Assembly (NCBI RefSeq): GCF_018350175.1
Contig: NC_058368.1
Location: 31,808,001-31,872,000 of the forward strand
From: Felis catus
Taxonomy: Eukaryota
Direction of reading: 5' to 3'
Length of the DNA: 64,000 bases
Shown here: positions 50,791 to 63,870 of the stretch, in pieces
Numbering within the stretch: the stretch's first letter is position 1
Layout of the letters: every line of letters starts with the position of its first letter
Notes under the pieces: generated by a model
Told to the model about the DNA's origin: nothing
The model's input: only the letters and a program-made list of their open reading frames with translations
Database searches by the model: none
Made by a program: the position numbers and the translations under genes

Positions 50791-50839
50791 CATCTTTGAG
50801 GAAGGATGAGCTCAGTGATGCCCAGAAACAGAAATCTAG

Positions 50840-51026
50840 TTTTAGATTTCTGTTTAGAGAGAGAGAGCAAAAGCTGGGGAGGTGCAGAGAGAGAAGGGAA
50901 CAAAGGATCTGAAGTGGGCTCCACTCTGAGAGCACAGAACCCAACGTGGGGCTCAAACTCATGAACTATGAGATCATGACTTGAGCCAAAGTTGGGCGCT
51001 CAACCACCTGAGCCACCCAGGTGCCC
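50840..51026 (-). mobile_element. CAN-SINE
   Basis: ...GAGCCACCCAGGTGCCC end. Confidence 0.88.
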
Positions 51027-52084
51027 TTCATCTCACTTTATTTGCATGTACATTATATTTTTTTACTTTTTAATTCCATCAAGAAGGCAAAGCAGATGTT
51101 TGCTCTTTACTTTCAATTCTAATAGCATCCTTTTTTCCTTAAGAAATTATAGTTAACAAGATGACATTAACGTAGACACTTTGGTCAACAAACACTCTTT
51201 TTTCTCCCGTGTGTGTCACATATTCCCTGTATGCTATTAAAATCCAAATTGTGTTTTTATACCAGATTCTTACCTTTCTGCTAACAGTGATAATGCTATT
51301 GATAGGAAGAATCTGGTGAACAGAGCGGTCTCAGTGTGTAATCTCTGCATGATTTCTTTCCTGTGTTAGGCAAAGCTTCCATAAAAAAGAGGACAGTTAT
51401 CTAAATCCAGTGTTTGGGGTATTATTATTTTATTCATTCATTCACTTTCCCCACACACTACCAATTTTCATACATGGCGATGCACATCATCATTCAAATA
51501 TAATTTGCTACTCCTTCATAAAGACGGCACAAAACAGGACTGTCAGGGCTCTTGGTATATTTACATCTTAATCACCCTTCATTATCATTCCCTATCTTCA
51601 CCATCCTGTTCTTACCAATGACATTTTCTCAGTGTGTATCCACTTTTAGGTACCTACAATTTTTTGATAAGATGGACCAAGACATCTCATTTTGTTCTTA
51701 ATTTTTTCTCTTTTGAATTTTATGGCATTGTCCTCTTTTTGCTCACCTCCTGCTCTCTATCTCTTCTCCACCTGTTTTTGTCCAGTAATTTTAATTATAC
51801 CGCAGTACACATGAAGCATTTATACAACTTCCCTTGTCCACAGTCTTGCCAATCTAATTTGATTCTGTCTTGGCGATTTCAACCACACCACTGCCTCATC
51901 TATCTTTTTTCTGCATAGGATTCTATCCTTCTAAAATGTAAGCTTCACCAGGGTGTAGATGTTTTCCTATTTTTTTCCCCACTCAGATGTCCCAAGAACA
52001 GTGTTTGGCACAGATAAAATCGGTGCTCAGTACAGAATTATCCATTGGATTACTTCCAAATGTACACTTTCAGTGCATCTCAAA

Positions 52085-52362
52085 GGGGATGGGGAGATGG
52101 GCAAAATGGGTGAAGGGAAGTGGGAGATACAGGCTTCCAGTTAAGGAACGAGTAAGTCGCAGGAATAAAAGGTGCACCATAAGGAATATAGTCAACGATA
52201 TTATAATAGCATTGTATAGTAACAGATGATAGGTGCTCTTGTGGTGAACATAGCATAATATATAAACTTGTGGAATGGCCGTGTTGTACACCTGAAAGTA
52301 ATGTAAAACTGTGTGTCAAATATACTAAAACAAACAAACAACAACAACAACCACCACAAAAA
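52085..52362 (+). mobile_element. Carnivore L1 3'UTR fragment
   Basis: GGGCAAAATGGGTGAAGGG..GAGATACAGGCTTCCAGTT...TGTACACCTGAAA, A-rich tail. Confidence 0.8.
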
Positions 52363-53211
52363 CAGCTTAATGTGTATATGGTGTTTACCTCAGATGCATT
52401 TTTTCCAAGCCCCACAAAAGGATTTCTGCTCATTGATCTGGGCTGGGACCAGAAATGTTTATTTTTAATGGGTTCCTTGGTGACAGGTGCTATTCTTGCT
52501 TTGAGAAGCACTGAATTAGACATATATTTTAAATTACTATTAGGCATCAGGCATCTTCAACTGAATACACTTTTAATATTTTAAATATTTGTAAATTCAC
52601 CTTTTTTTCTAAATATTTGTTCTTCTATTTCTAGGAATGTAGTTTATTACTTTTCTCTCATATTAAATAGGCCTCTATTCTCTTGTATACTTGCGTTTAA
52701 GATTTTGCCAATATGTCTTCCTTCTATTGAGCTTTTCTTTTCTGCCTCTGCCAGTTTATTTCAGACACTCAAAGAATTTTAGAATGTTATAATTAAAAGG
52801 TGTTATTACTATATGAACAATATCATATCTTCTAAGAACTAAAAATTCAGATTATGATATCTAACAATGAATTTGCCATGTGCAAATTAATGTAAAAATA
52901 TGCACAATTGCCCTAAATGGGCAGATTGACTCTGAGACCCTGGTTTCTGACCCAGAAGTTTTACTTATATTGAATTACATTATATTACATTATTTTCATT
53001 TTAAATTTAACTTCTACTATTTTTAATAATAATCTTTATTGAGAATATATACATACAAGACATTATTCTAGGTAGTTTGGGGGTTATGTGCATAAAATCA
53101 GTAAAAAGATCATGTTTTCAACACCTTATAGATTTGAAGGAAAGGGAAACATGTACAGACAATTAGATTAAAGGGAAGAACGTTCTAAGTTTTTAAAAAA
53201 TTATATAGATA

Positions 53212-53425
53212 GGGACACTTGGGTGTCTCAGTCAGTTACGCACTCAACTTCGGCTCAGGTCGTAATATCACAGTCCGTGAATTCAAGCCCCACTTCGTGC
53301 TCTGCACTGCCAGCTCAGAACCTGGAACCTGCTTCAGATTCTGTGTCTCCCTCTCTCTCTGCCCCTCCTCCACTCACACTCTGTTTCTCTGTCTCTCTCA
53401 AAATGAATAAACATTGAAAAAAAAA
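53212..53425 (+). mobile_element. CAN-SINE
   Basis: SINE body; AAAAATTATA(T/C)AGATA flanks. Confidence 0.9.
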
Positions 53426-53464
53426 TTATACAGATAAAACATTATAGAAGTAAAAAATTTTACG

Positions 53465-53667
53465 AGGCACCGGTGGCTCAGTCGGTCAAGTGTCTGACTC
53501 TTGGTTTCAGCTCAGGTCACGATCTCATGGTTTCATGAGTTCAGGCCCACAGCTGGGGCCTCTGAAGCTGGAAGCCAGCTTGGGATTCTCTCACTCCCTC
53601 TCACTCTCTGCCCTTCCCCCAGTTTCACTGTCTCTGTCTCTCTCAAAATAAATAAATAAAATTAAAA
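53465..53667 (+). mobile_element. CAN-SINE
   Basis: GGTGGCTCAGTCGGTCAAG A-box, CT-rich region, AATAAA tail. Confidence 0.88.
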
Positions 53668-54281
53668 ACTTTTTTCAGTATTTGTGGTTGTGTATATGCA
53701 GATGTGTGCATATGTGACTTAATACATTTGTGAAGCATATGCTGGCTGATTAACTCAAATTAGTAATTCAGAATAAAGAAAAATAAGTTTTCTATTCCTG
53801 AAGGTATGATGCCTGCCTGTGAACATGCCACATGAAACATTGTACTTTTTATTGTAGAGTTTGAATACAAATGGCTTCTTTACTGTCTCTTTCTGGAGGT
53901 TGGAAATTGTCTCTTCTGTCTAAACAAAAAGCTTTGCACATAATGAAAACAAGTGTGTGTTAAATGGAAATTATGTTACAGAATCAATCAGTAAGAACTC
54001 AATAGTAGTAGATATTTATAGAAGAGTAAAGAGATATATGCAGAAATATTTTAATTTTAGTTCCCTTTGAAGACTACTTCCATTATGAGTAGCAATACTT
54101 CCAACTTAATTATGAAAAAATGTTCAGTATGTGAATATTTTTATTTAGTTTGATTCTTACTTTGAAGCATCAGATGCATAAAATGAAGTATAATTGTAAA
54201 ATTAAAATTTTACATGATTTGACTGATGACAAATTGTTTTATTTTTCCATTATGCTAACTTCATTTGTCAGTTTTACCTTT

Positions 54282-54497
54282 AAATTTTTTTTTTCAACGT
54301 TTATTTATTTTTGGGACAGAGAGAGACAGAGCATGAACGGGGGAGGGGCAGAGAGAGAGGGAGACACAGAATCGGAAACAGGCTCCAGGCTCTGAGCCAT
54401 CAGCCGAGAGCCTGACGCGGAGCTCGAACTCACCGACCGCGAGATCGTGACCTGGCTGAAGTCAGACGCTCAACCGACTGCGCCACCCAGGCGCCCC
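54282..54497 (-). mobile_element. Young feline SINE
   Basis: TSD TGTCAGTTTTACCTTT at 54266-54281 and 54498-54513. Confidence 0.96.
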
Positions 54498-54806
54498 TGT
54501 CAGTTTTACCTTTAAAAGATAGAGGAATTTCAGTATGCAAGTGACTTAATAAAAAATTACTTCAAAACTCTCAAAATATAACGTTTTCAAAGTAAATGAA
54601 AAAATAAAATAGGTGAATATGATTTCTTTCTTTTCTTTTCCTTTTTTTTTCAAGTTTAGTTTTCTTTCTAGACATGCCAAGGCATCTGTCTGATATTTTG
54701 GTATTGTGGGAAATGGGAATTTTCCGTGAGATTATCATAGCAGAAGTGAAATGTAGCATTCATATTTTGATAGCAGAATTTAATTTTATTTTGAGACAAT
54801 AGTTTT

Positions 54807-55073
54807 ATTTTTATTATTTTATTTTATTTCTTTTATTTAATTTTTATTTTATTTGTTTTATTTTATTTTTAGAGAGAGAGAGAATGCACAAGCAGGGGAG
54901 AGGGGAATAGGGGAAGAGAAAGAGAAAGAGACAGAGATAGACAGAGAGAATCTTAGGCAGGCTCCACACTCAGTGCAGAGCCTAACACGGGGCTTGATGC
55001 CAGGACCCTGAGATCATGACCTGAGCCAAAATCAAGAGTCAAATGGTCAATCGACTGAGCCACCCAGGCACCC
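54807..55073 (-). mobile_element. CAN-SINE
   Basis: (TTTTA)n tail; GAC(A/C)ATAGTTTTA flanks. Confidence 0.9.
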
Positions 55074-56057
55074 TGTGACCATAGTTTTACTTCCAGTTGT
55101 CCTGATAGAGAAAATTATATCCTAAATTTTATAATTCCTTAAATGTCAGTAAAAATATAATAGTTATATCTGGTGAACTTGATCACATAATTTTTTTATA
55201 TAGTGTCAGGGATATCCTTTCCGCCATTGTTATGGGAAAATAGACATGAGACATGGAGTTTAATAACAAGACAACTTTACTGTTTCTTTGTAGTGCCTTG
55301 TTAGTTTAATTTTAATAGTCTTTGTAATATAATATTCTACTGATTATAGTTCTGCCAATTTTTCCATCACTGAAAAGGCCAGGTTTTAAGTTTAGTTCGG
55401 TGGAAATGGACAAAATTGTTGCATGAAAGTTCATATCACAGTGTATGTGGGAAACCTGTCCTTACTGATTCAGCCTACAATGGAATATATCAGAATGACA
55501 GAAATAGGATAGAAACAGGTTGAAACATACGTGCTGTAATCTCCTTATTCTGCATACTTCCTGGGAAGAAGGTTAAAACATTGAGAGTAATATAGGAAAA
55601 AATGGTTAAGATACAACAAATGCATAAAAATCAATTTGGGATTAGAATAAACTTAGTGGAAGAGAATGTTGAGGCCTGGATTTACCTCCAGTTGGCAACT
55701 TTTTGTTCCTGGCTTCACTCTGCAACCAGAATTGGTTTTCCATTGTAGGTATGATTTTCAGTGTACAATACTGGGACCTAAGATGTTATGTTCCTTATTG
55801 CTCCCTTTTCTGAGGTGGGGGCAGGCACAGGGAATGTTATGATAAGTTGTCTTCATAACAAGTCACCAAGTTAATATTGCAAAACTCAGAAATCTGGCTT
55901 TGTCGCTTTGTTGCTTAAAACTTATCAGTGGCTCCTCATCACCTTCGTGATAGAGTTCAACTTCCTTTTCCTGGATCTGAGGCTCTTAATGATGCTCTGT
56001 CCACACACCTCCCACCATACCCTAGCATAGATTTTCACTTTAAGAGTTGCAAATGTT

Positions 56058-56279
56058 GGGGCGCCTGGGTGGCGCAGTCTGTTAAGCGGCCGACTTCAGC
56101 CAGGTCACGATCTCGCGGTCCGGGAGTTCAAGCCCCACGTCAGGCTCTGGGCTGATGGCTCAGAGCCTGGAGCCTGTTTCCGATTCTGTGTCTCCCTCTC
56201 TCTCTGCCCCTCCCCCGTTCGTGCTCTGTCTCTCTCTGTCCCAAAAATAAACGTTGAAAAAAAAAATTAAAAAAAAAAA
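56058..56279 (+). mobile_element. Young feline SINE
   Basis: TSD AAGAGTTGCAAATGTT at 56042-56057 and 56280-56295. Confidence 0.96.
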
Positions 56280-58387
56280 AAGAGTTGCAAATGTTGAAAT
56301 TTGCTAACTTTGTATCCTTACCCGATTGTGCATCTATTTTTCAACTTTGCTAATTTTATTACCTCCTTCTGGAATAGCATTTCCCCTCCTCTTTATTTGG
56401 CTAATTCCTTTCAACCTTCAGAAAACTCAAGCTTCATCTCTTCTGGAAGCCTTCCCTGAATTCTAGTCAGTTGTAAAATGCTTCTTATTCTTTTGTGCCC
56501 AAAGCAAATTCATTCCCAAACAAAACCAAAATTGCTTATACAACACCACAATAGCTCCACTAGAGCATGTTTATATTTCTTAGTATGAGGAAACAAGTTA
56601 CGTTAGGTTTTATAACAGACAAAAAATGCTCCGTAAAATCTCAAGACTACCCAAATGTGCTCTGCTTTGGGACACAAAAGAAAGGAGCTCATCTCACCAG
56701 TGCGGGTAGGCAAGCTAATGAGGTATGTAGCAAACAATTGGAGTCCAGGACTTCCAAATGCTTTCAAGTGGTTTATATGACAGTTGGTTGAATGAGGATC
56801 TTTCCAGGGGGTGTCAGAGTGGCTTAGTGGTTACAGAATTCAGGACAGGCCAATGGAATATAATAGGAAAATATGACTTACATTCAATGTCTAGGCAAGT
56901 CCAACTATAGCTGATATGGAGTCTCAGGGAAAATTATTGGGCTCAACTGAGATGAGAAGACACCTAAGCCATTCTGTTGTAAACTATCAAGTCTCAGGAG
57001 GATGAACAGTAGCATGTGGGAAAGGACCTTGCTTTGAGACCAGAGAACTTGAAGGACAATGCTAGAATCTAATACGGATCTTAAGGGGGAGGTCACCTTT
57101 TAACCACCTGCTCCAGGTTGTGCAAGCCCTTCTTTTGCATACATCAACATGTCAGGAACAGGGAGAAAGGGGAGGACATTGGGAAGCCTGGATACATAAA
57201 CAAATGAGGTGAATTACGAAAAGGGAATATTTAGGTTATTTAATTGAACTCTGATTACTGGATGAATCTCAATTTATTTTTTATTCCAATTCTACTAAGT
57301 AGGATGAGGACTGAAAATGACTACAAAATTGATCGCAGGAAAACTAAGTTATATTTTCTTTGTACTTTTGGATATACTGTGAGTAGATTTAGAATGCCAA
57401 TATATATTACCTACTTAATTTGTATTTGTCTGTATTTCTCCTATGAATGTGTGTCACTTGGAAAGGATTGAATGCTTCACATGTAATGTGAATTCTTTTT
57501 CTTAAATTAAAATAACAACTAAGATTAAAACATATATGTCAATATTCAAATACTGAAAAACAGGAAAAATTTTAAAATAATATTTATGTATGAAGAAACT
57601 TTTTCCTTTTATTTAAAACATGCTTACAGTGTATAGCTCAAAATTATTAACTGTTATTCTTAAAATATGCCACTATAAAAATTAAAATATTTATATTTAT
57701 ATTTTATAAAGACATAATTTTAATTTAAAAATAATGCTTCATTCTTTCTTTCAACACTCATGATTGATTTTCTTTTTTATTCTTTCCTCAAGTCTGAATA
57801 AAATATTTGAATATTATTTGTATAAAGTAAACTGAAGACTATGTAAATATAATTTTCTAGGAAAATCTATCGCACTACGTACCCAGCTTTTATGTTATAT
57901 GTAGAGTGTGGATGACTTGTATCACTTAAAATCCATTATCTCTTGATGTTATAGTTTTCCATATTTTACTTCCTATAAATATTTGATCTCTTGTGTTAGT
58001 GAATACTCAAATACATCTTGTAGTTTCAGTTTATCAATTTCTTCTGTTTATTATTTATAAACTAAAAGTCAAAATGCCTCTTGGTATTTTAAAAGTATTA
58101 ATGAGTAACCAAAGATACATTTTTAATGGAGTTTTACTTTTTAGAACAAAATGTTTAATTTACCATTCTTATTATCATCTTTTTTTAAGCCATAAGAAAC
58201 GATAGGCTTTGATGTGTTAATTATTTTGAATATAATAGCAATTAAGAATTATTATTTTTATAATTAAACTTCATATTTTTATTATGTGAAAGTTTTAAAC
58301 ATAACTTGATATTTTTGTAATTTCTAATAAAAAACAAGGAAACAATGAATTTATAAAAATAGAATTCTATTTAATTCTTTTTGACAG

Positions 58388-58456
58388 AGGGTATGGCAAT
58401 TAATATCAACAGATTATACTTTGAAGGAAAATACGAACTTCAGAGAACTTTCACAC
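58388..58456 (+). CDS. Candidate 69-nt internal exon of an unidentified host gene
   Basis: Acceptor TTTAATTCTTTTTGACAG, donor CAC/GTAAGT, length divisible by 3, two open frames, set in very AT-rich non-repeat DNA. Confidence 0.45.
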
Positions 58457-58599
58457 GTAAGTATCAACCATTAGCTAATTTAAAAGGCAAAAAGAGTAAG
58501 ACATATTTCATCTATGGGTGTACCTAATTTAAGAACTGCCCACAGTGCTTTAAATGTTGCAATGTAATTAATATTTTCTTTATTGAATGAAGTGCTACC

Positions 58600-58800
58600 T
58601 AGAGGGGCTGAGGAGGTAGCATGATATGATCTTATGAAGAGCTTCAATATGCAATGATATTATCCTGATTTCCACTGTGCAAACAGACATTTGGAGGATT
58701 TGAGTTCCATGACTGAAATCACATACTAGGTATTGGAAGAAACAGGAGGTTAGAAGATATTCTGGCTCCAGAACCTGGACTCCTAACTGCTCTACCTGAT
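58600..58800 (-). mobile_element. MIR remnant
   Basis: TATTATCCTGATTT...GGCTCCAGAACCTGGACTCCTAAC; diverged. Confidence 0.5.
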
Positions 58801-60380
58801 GGCCTCCCTTTCATATATATCCCTCCCTTTTAGAAAGACAAAGTCTACTTCTCAATCAAATAAATGACGGGAATCTACAAGTTATAATTTCCTATTAAAA
58901 GGGGAGAGGGGAGCCAGTCATGAAAGTGATCAGTGGGGAGATAGCTACTGAGCAGGGAAATTACCAAGGCAGTGGTTGGTATCACTGAGCTTGTAGCAAA
59001 ATGAGTCTTACTAACTAGGAATGCCAATTTTGTGGAAGGTGAATTAGAAGCAAAGAATACGAGTAAACAAGGGCAAGCATCAAGTGCAAGTATACAGACT
59101 AAAGGTTGTGATGTAACAAGAGTATAAGGAGGAACACAGCCACAAAAAAGTTGGGTCAGACAAGTGAAAGAGAAAAAAAATTAGAAATCAGGTAAGGGTT
59201 CATGGCAGAAATAAGCCTTATTACTGAATTTTTAATTTACTTAAATTATTTAATAAAATAAATTATTTGGTCAATCTAATTATAAGTCTTTTTTGGTTTC
59301 TTTTTAAAAACAGTTCTCAATATGCCCATTGATTATTCGCCTTCTAGATATTGAGCATGACTTACTACTTATTATATTTTATATACTTGAAAAAAAACAG
59401 CTTTGAATTGAAAGAAAATTGGAACAGATAGTACACAAAGTTTCCATACACCTTATCTCCCACTTCCCATACCTCCAGTGCTTCCCCCCATTACTATCAT
59501 CTTGCATTAATATTGTATATTTGTAACAATTAATGAATGAGTATTGTTACATTATTGTTAACTAAAGTCCATAGCTTACACGAAGATTGGCTTTCTGTAT
59601 TGTAAATTTATATAGGTCTTGACAAATACATAACGTCAAGTATCTACCATTACAGTGTCATACAGAATCATTTTGCCCCTCTAAAAATCTCTTTGTTTAT
59701 TCGTCTCCCCCAGCTCCTAAAAACATGTGATAGCCACTGATCTTTTTTCTGCCTCTATAGTTTTGTCCTTCCAGGATGCCATATAGTTGGAATTACACAG
59801 TATGTGGCATTTTCAGACAGTTATTTCTCTTAGCAACAATGCATTTAAGTTTCCTCTATATTTTTCATGGCTTAATAGCTCATTTTTTATTGCTAACTAA
59901 TATTCCATTGTGTGTATGTACCACAGTGTGTTTATATATTCACCTATTGGTAACCATCTTCATTGCTTCCAGTTTGGGCAATTATGAATAAAGTTGTTAT
60001 AAACATTCATGTGTAGGTTTCTATGTGGACATAATTGTTCGACTTCTATGGGTGAATACCAAGAAGCACAGTTGCTGGATCTTTGAATGTGTTTAGTTTT
60101 GTAAGAGACCCTTAAGCAGCCTTCCAAAATGGTAGGCTACTTTGTACCCCACCAGCAATGATTGAGAGTTCCTATTGCTCTACTTCCTCAACAGCATTTG
60201 ATGTTACCAGTGTTTTGGATCTTGGCCATTTTTAACAGGTATGTAGTGGTATCTCATTGTTTTGTTAATTTGCATTTCCTTCACGATATGTGAGTTGGAG
60301 CATTTTTCATGTTTATTTTCCAGCTGCAAATCTACTCTGGTGCTATATCTAAGGTCTTTGGTCCATTTTAAATCAAGCTG

Positions 60381-60478
60381 GTATTGAGGAGGGCACCTTT
60401 TGGGATGAGCACTGGGTGTTGTATGGAAACCAATTTGACAATAAATTTCATATATTGAAAAAAATAAATAAATAAAAA
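60381..60478 (+). mobile_element. 98-bp 5'-truncated young feline L1
   Basis: 60381-60456 is identical to 44438-44513; TSD TAAATCAAGCTG at 60369-60380 and 60479-60490. Confidence 0.96.
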
Positions 60479-60934
60479 TAAATCAAGCTGTTTGTTTCTT
60501 ATTGTTGAGTTTTAAGAACGCTTGATAGATTTCGGATTATAGTCCACTATCAGCTGTGTCTCTGCAAACATTTCCTTCCAGTCTGTGACTTGTCTTCTTA
60601 TTTTCTAGGCATTTTCAGAGCATAAGATTTTAATTTTAATGACATCCAGTTCGTTAAATATTTCTTTCATAGATCATGCCTCTGGTGTTGTATCTAAAAA
60701 TATTGCCATGCCCAAGGTCATCTACATTTTCTTCTGTACTATCTTCTAGGAGATATATGTATTTGCATATACATTTAGGTTTATGATATATTTGGAGTAA
60801 ATTTTGTGAAGGGTGTGCGATGTTCATTTAGATTCTTTTTCTTTTTCTTTTCTTTCCTTCTTTCTCTCTCTCTTTTTTTTTTTTTTTTTTGTATTTTGAT
60901 GTCCAGTTCTAACACCATTTGTTGAGAAGACTAT

Positions 60935-61157
60935 TTTTTTTTTAATTTTTTTTTCAACGTTTATTTATTTTTGGGACAGAGAGAGACAGAGCATGAACGG
61001 GGGAGGGGCAGAGAGAGAGGGAGACACAGAATCGGAAACAGGCTCCAGGCTCTGAGCCATCAGCCCAGAGCCCGACGCGGGGCTCGAACTCGCGGACCGT
61101 GAGATCGTGACCTGGCTGAAGTCGGACGCTTAACCGACTGCGCCACCCAGGCGCCCC
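60935..61157 (-). mobile_element. Young feline SINE
   Basis: CpGs intact; near-identical to the 54282 copy; AGACTATTTT flanks. Confidence 0.96.
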
Positions 61158-61356
61158 AAGGAGACTATTTTTGCTCCGCTATATTGCCTTTGCTCCTTTG
61201 TCAAAGAATTGATTTAATTATTTAAAAAAAAAATCATTCATCAGAGTTTTGTAGTTTTCCTCACTTAGATTTTGATCTAACATGTGAGTTTATTTTTATT
61301 TTTTATTAAAATATTTTTAATGTTTATTTCTTTTTGAGAAGGAGAGAGAGCATACA

Positions 61357-62310
61357 TGATGGTGAAGTAGAAAGGATGGAGGAGTGTTCAGTAGTCTTAG
61401 GATTACCTCTAAGAGCTTTAGATCTTAGTGAGTCTATGCCTATGGATTGTCATCTTCATAAAAGTTTCTGGGTTGTTTTGCTTTGTATTGTTTTGTTTTC
61501 TGTCCTTCCTTCGGTGGAACAAGAGATGAGTATTTCCCTTTTCCCAGGTCACTTGGAATCTGATAATACCCCTGCGGGTTAGGCTCTGCTTAATAAGCTT
61601 TCCCTGAGAGTCGGCCTTGTTAAGAACAGAGTTCTCTGACACGTTTCAAAACGGTTTTTTTCCCTTTGTCCTGCCAGAAGCACAAGCAGATTTTTTTTCA
61701 TGATATTTGCTGTGGAAACCTGTCCAAGGTCCTAGTGATAAATCTCACAGTAGTGTGGGAGACCCCGTATGACGGGGTCGCCTGGAGTTTTTAATTCTCA
61801 GTATCGTTTGCACTGAACCTCCAGCAATTTGTCGATTACAGTTCAGGACTTCCTTCCCTGGCACTTGGTCCTTTGGCAGAATCCCACATGGGTCGCTACT
61901 CTGCTAAGCCATAACTTCTGTATACGCCTGTCTGTCACTCCAGTCTTGCAAACAGAAGTTTGCTCTGTGCCTTTCACTCTCTTCTAAATCCAAGAAGAGT
62001 TGTTATTCAGTCTGTTCTGCTTTCTGTGTGTTATTAAGCAAAGTACAACTTCTATGCACCTTACATGGGGAATTAGATACCTCTTTAGTAGTTTTTAACT
62101 CACAAGGTAGCCCACACTCAGCCTTCAGCAATTCTGCAAAGTTATCATTTAAATATTCCTACTGGCTCCAGTGGCTTTCACTTTAGTTAAGCTAATCATG
62201 GCTGCAACCTTTATTCACCTGTCTCTCCACATTTGGGGGTGGTGGTTTACCCTGTTACCTTAATTCTCTGAAGAATCTGAGGAAAGGTTTAAGAAATAAA
62301 ACACAATCTA
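61357..62310 (-). mobile_element. Probable old L1 5'UTR or other ancient repeat remnant
   Basis: Composition and motifs resemble L1M 5' ends; follows a truncated SINE tail at about 61293-61356. Confidence 0.45.
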
Positions 62311-62339
62311 TGGTGAAGAATTGACTAAGCTGTGGATCT

Positions 62340-62505
62340 TTAACCTGGCTGTAGAATAGAGTCACCTGGGGAGCTCTTAAAAATCTAAGCACCCATATCC
62401 CTGCCAGACCAATTAAACACCAGTATTTCCCAGGGTGAGACTCAAACATCTATATCTTTATAGCTTCACTGTGATTTCTGTGTATGGCCAGGATTGAGTG
62501 CTAGG
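62340..62505. mobile_element. MER5A-like hAT MITE
   Basis: TAGAGTCACCTGGGGAGCTCTTAAAA...GTGATTTCTGTGTATGGCCAGGATTGAG. Confidence 0.65.
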
Positions 62506-62720
62506 CCTAGACTGGGGCAGAGTGTCTAGATCAAGATGCCTGTGTTTGAATCACACCTGTAGTGCTTTCCATCAATGTGAAGCTGGACAAGACTGTGAAT
62601 CACTCTGTGTTGCAGTGCCCTAATCTGGAAAATGAGAATAATAATACGTGGCTTATAGCTTTGATCTTGGCACATAGCGAGTGCTATATGTGTGCTACTT
62701 TTATTTTTATAATTATTATT
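62506..62720 (+). mobile_element. MIR
   Basis: CCTGTGTTTGAATC...CTAATCTGGAAAATGAGAATAATAATA...TGGCACATAG. Confidence 0.7.
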
Positions 62721-62789
62721 ACAGACTTGGACATAAATTGAACATTAGTGATGCCCCCGGAATTCTGTGTGCTCTACCCTAATGACATA

Positions 62790-63870
62790 CTGTTCTTTGC
62801 CATCCCCAGAGGTGATTATTAACTTGAATATCTTGTTTACTATTGCCTTGGTTTCTTTTCTATTTTATAATTTCAGTGCTTTTCATTATTGCTGTATTAT
62901 ACACCTAAATAATTGCTGTGTTTCATGTTTACAATTTTTATGAAAATAAAATCATACTATAATTAATTTTTTCTGTCATGCTTCTTTAATCTACATTATA
63001 TTTTTGATATCTACTTAGGTTATCACAATTACCTGTAGTTCATTCATTTAGAGGGCTCTACAGTGATCCATTTTTTGAATATATCACAATTAGTGTATCC
63101 ATTCTACTGTTAATGGACGTTTGTTTTATTTCCAGTTATTATTTTGTTGTTATCATGGAGAAACATAGTGCTAAAAATATTCTTAAACATAAATCACGGT
63201 GAATTTTCAGAATAATTTCTTTAGAAGATATATTTAAGAGTAGAATTTTGGGGTCATAGTTTGTGTATGTAGTTGATTTTCTTAGGCAATACTGAACTAT
63301 TTAATAAAGTGGTTTTATTTGCACTTCAGTTGATGAATGTAAATGTTGCTTCACATTCTTGTTATCTTTTGACATTGTACAATTTTAGAATTCATGTCAT
63401 GTTTATTGGTATAGATCATTTTTTTCCTTCTTTTTGGAAGTGCCTATTGAGCTCATCTGCCCATTTTTCTATTGATGTACTCCTCTATATCTATATCTTA
63501 GAAGATTTTTTAAAAGAATAAATATTAAATATCAGTTCTTGGTCATTTATACCTGTAGTAAATAACTGCCAGTTATAGATTGCTGTTTCATTTTTCTACA
63601 GGATCTATTTGTTAAAAAATAAGTTATTAAATTTTAATTTAATAAAACCTGTCAAACTTTTCCTTTTGTTTTGGGGAGGCATATTGTTAAAAAACTAAGG
63701 CTTAGGTTTCAGATTAGGCCTAAAGTTATTCCCTAAAACTAGGTTATGAAATTATTCCTCTGTAATGTTTTCTAAATGTGTGGTAGTTTTACTCTTCTCA
63801 TTTTGATCTTTAATTTAACTTAAATTATTATTTTTGTATCTGGTATGAGGTAGGGGCCTTGTTCTATTTT
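62790..63870 (-). mobile_element. Ancient L1 (L1ME-like) remnant
   Basis: TATCCATTCTACTGTTAATGGAC, TCTGCCCATTTTTCTATTG, TGGTATGAGGTAGGGG. Confidence 0.65.

Larger units (their letters stand above)
59395..61280 (-). mobile_element. Old L1 (L1MB/MC-like) 3' portion carrying younger insertions
   Basis: Reverse-complement L1 motifs (GTGAATACCAAGAAG, CCCACCAGCAATG, GTAGTGGTATCTCATTG, CACCATTTGTTGA). Confidence 0.8.
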
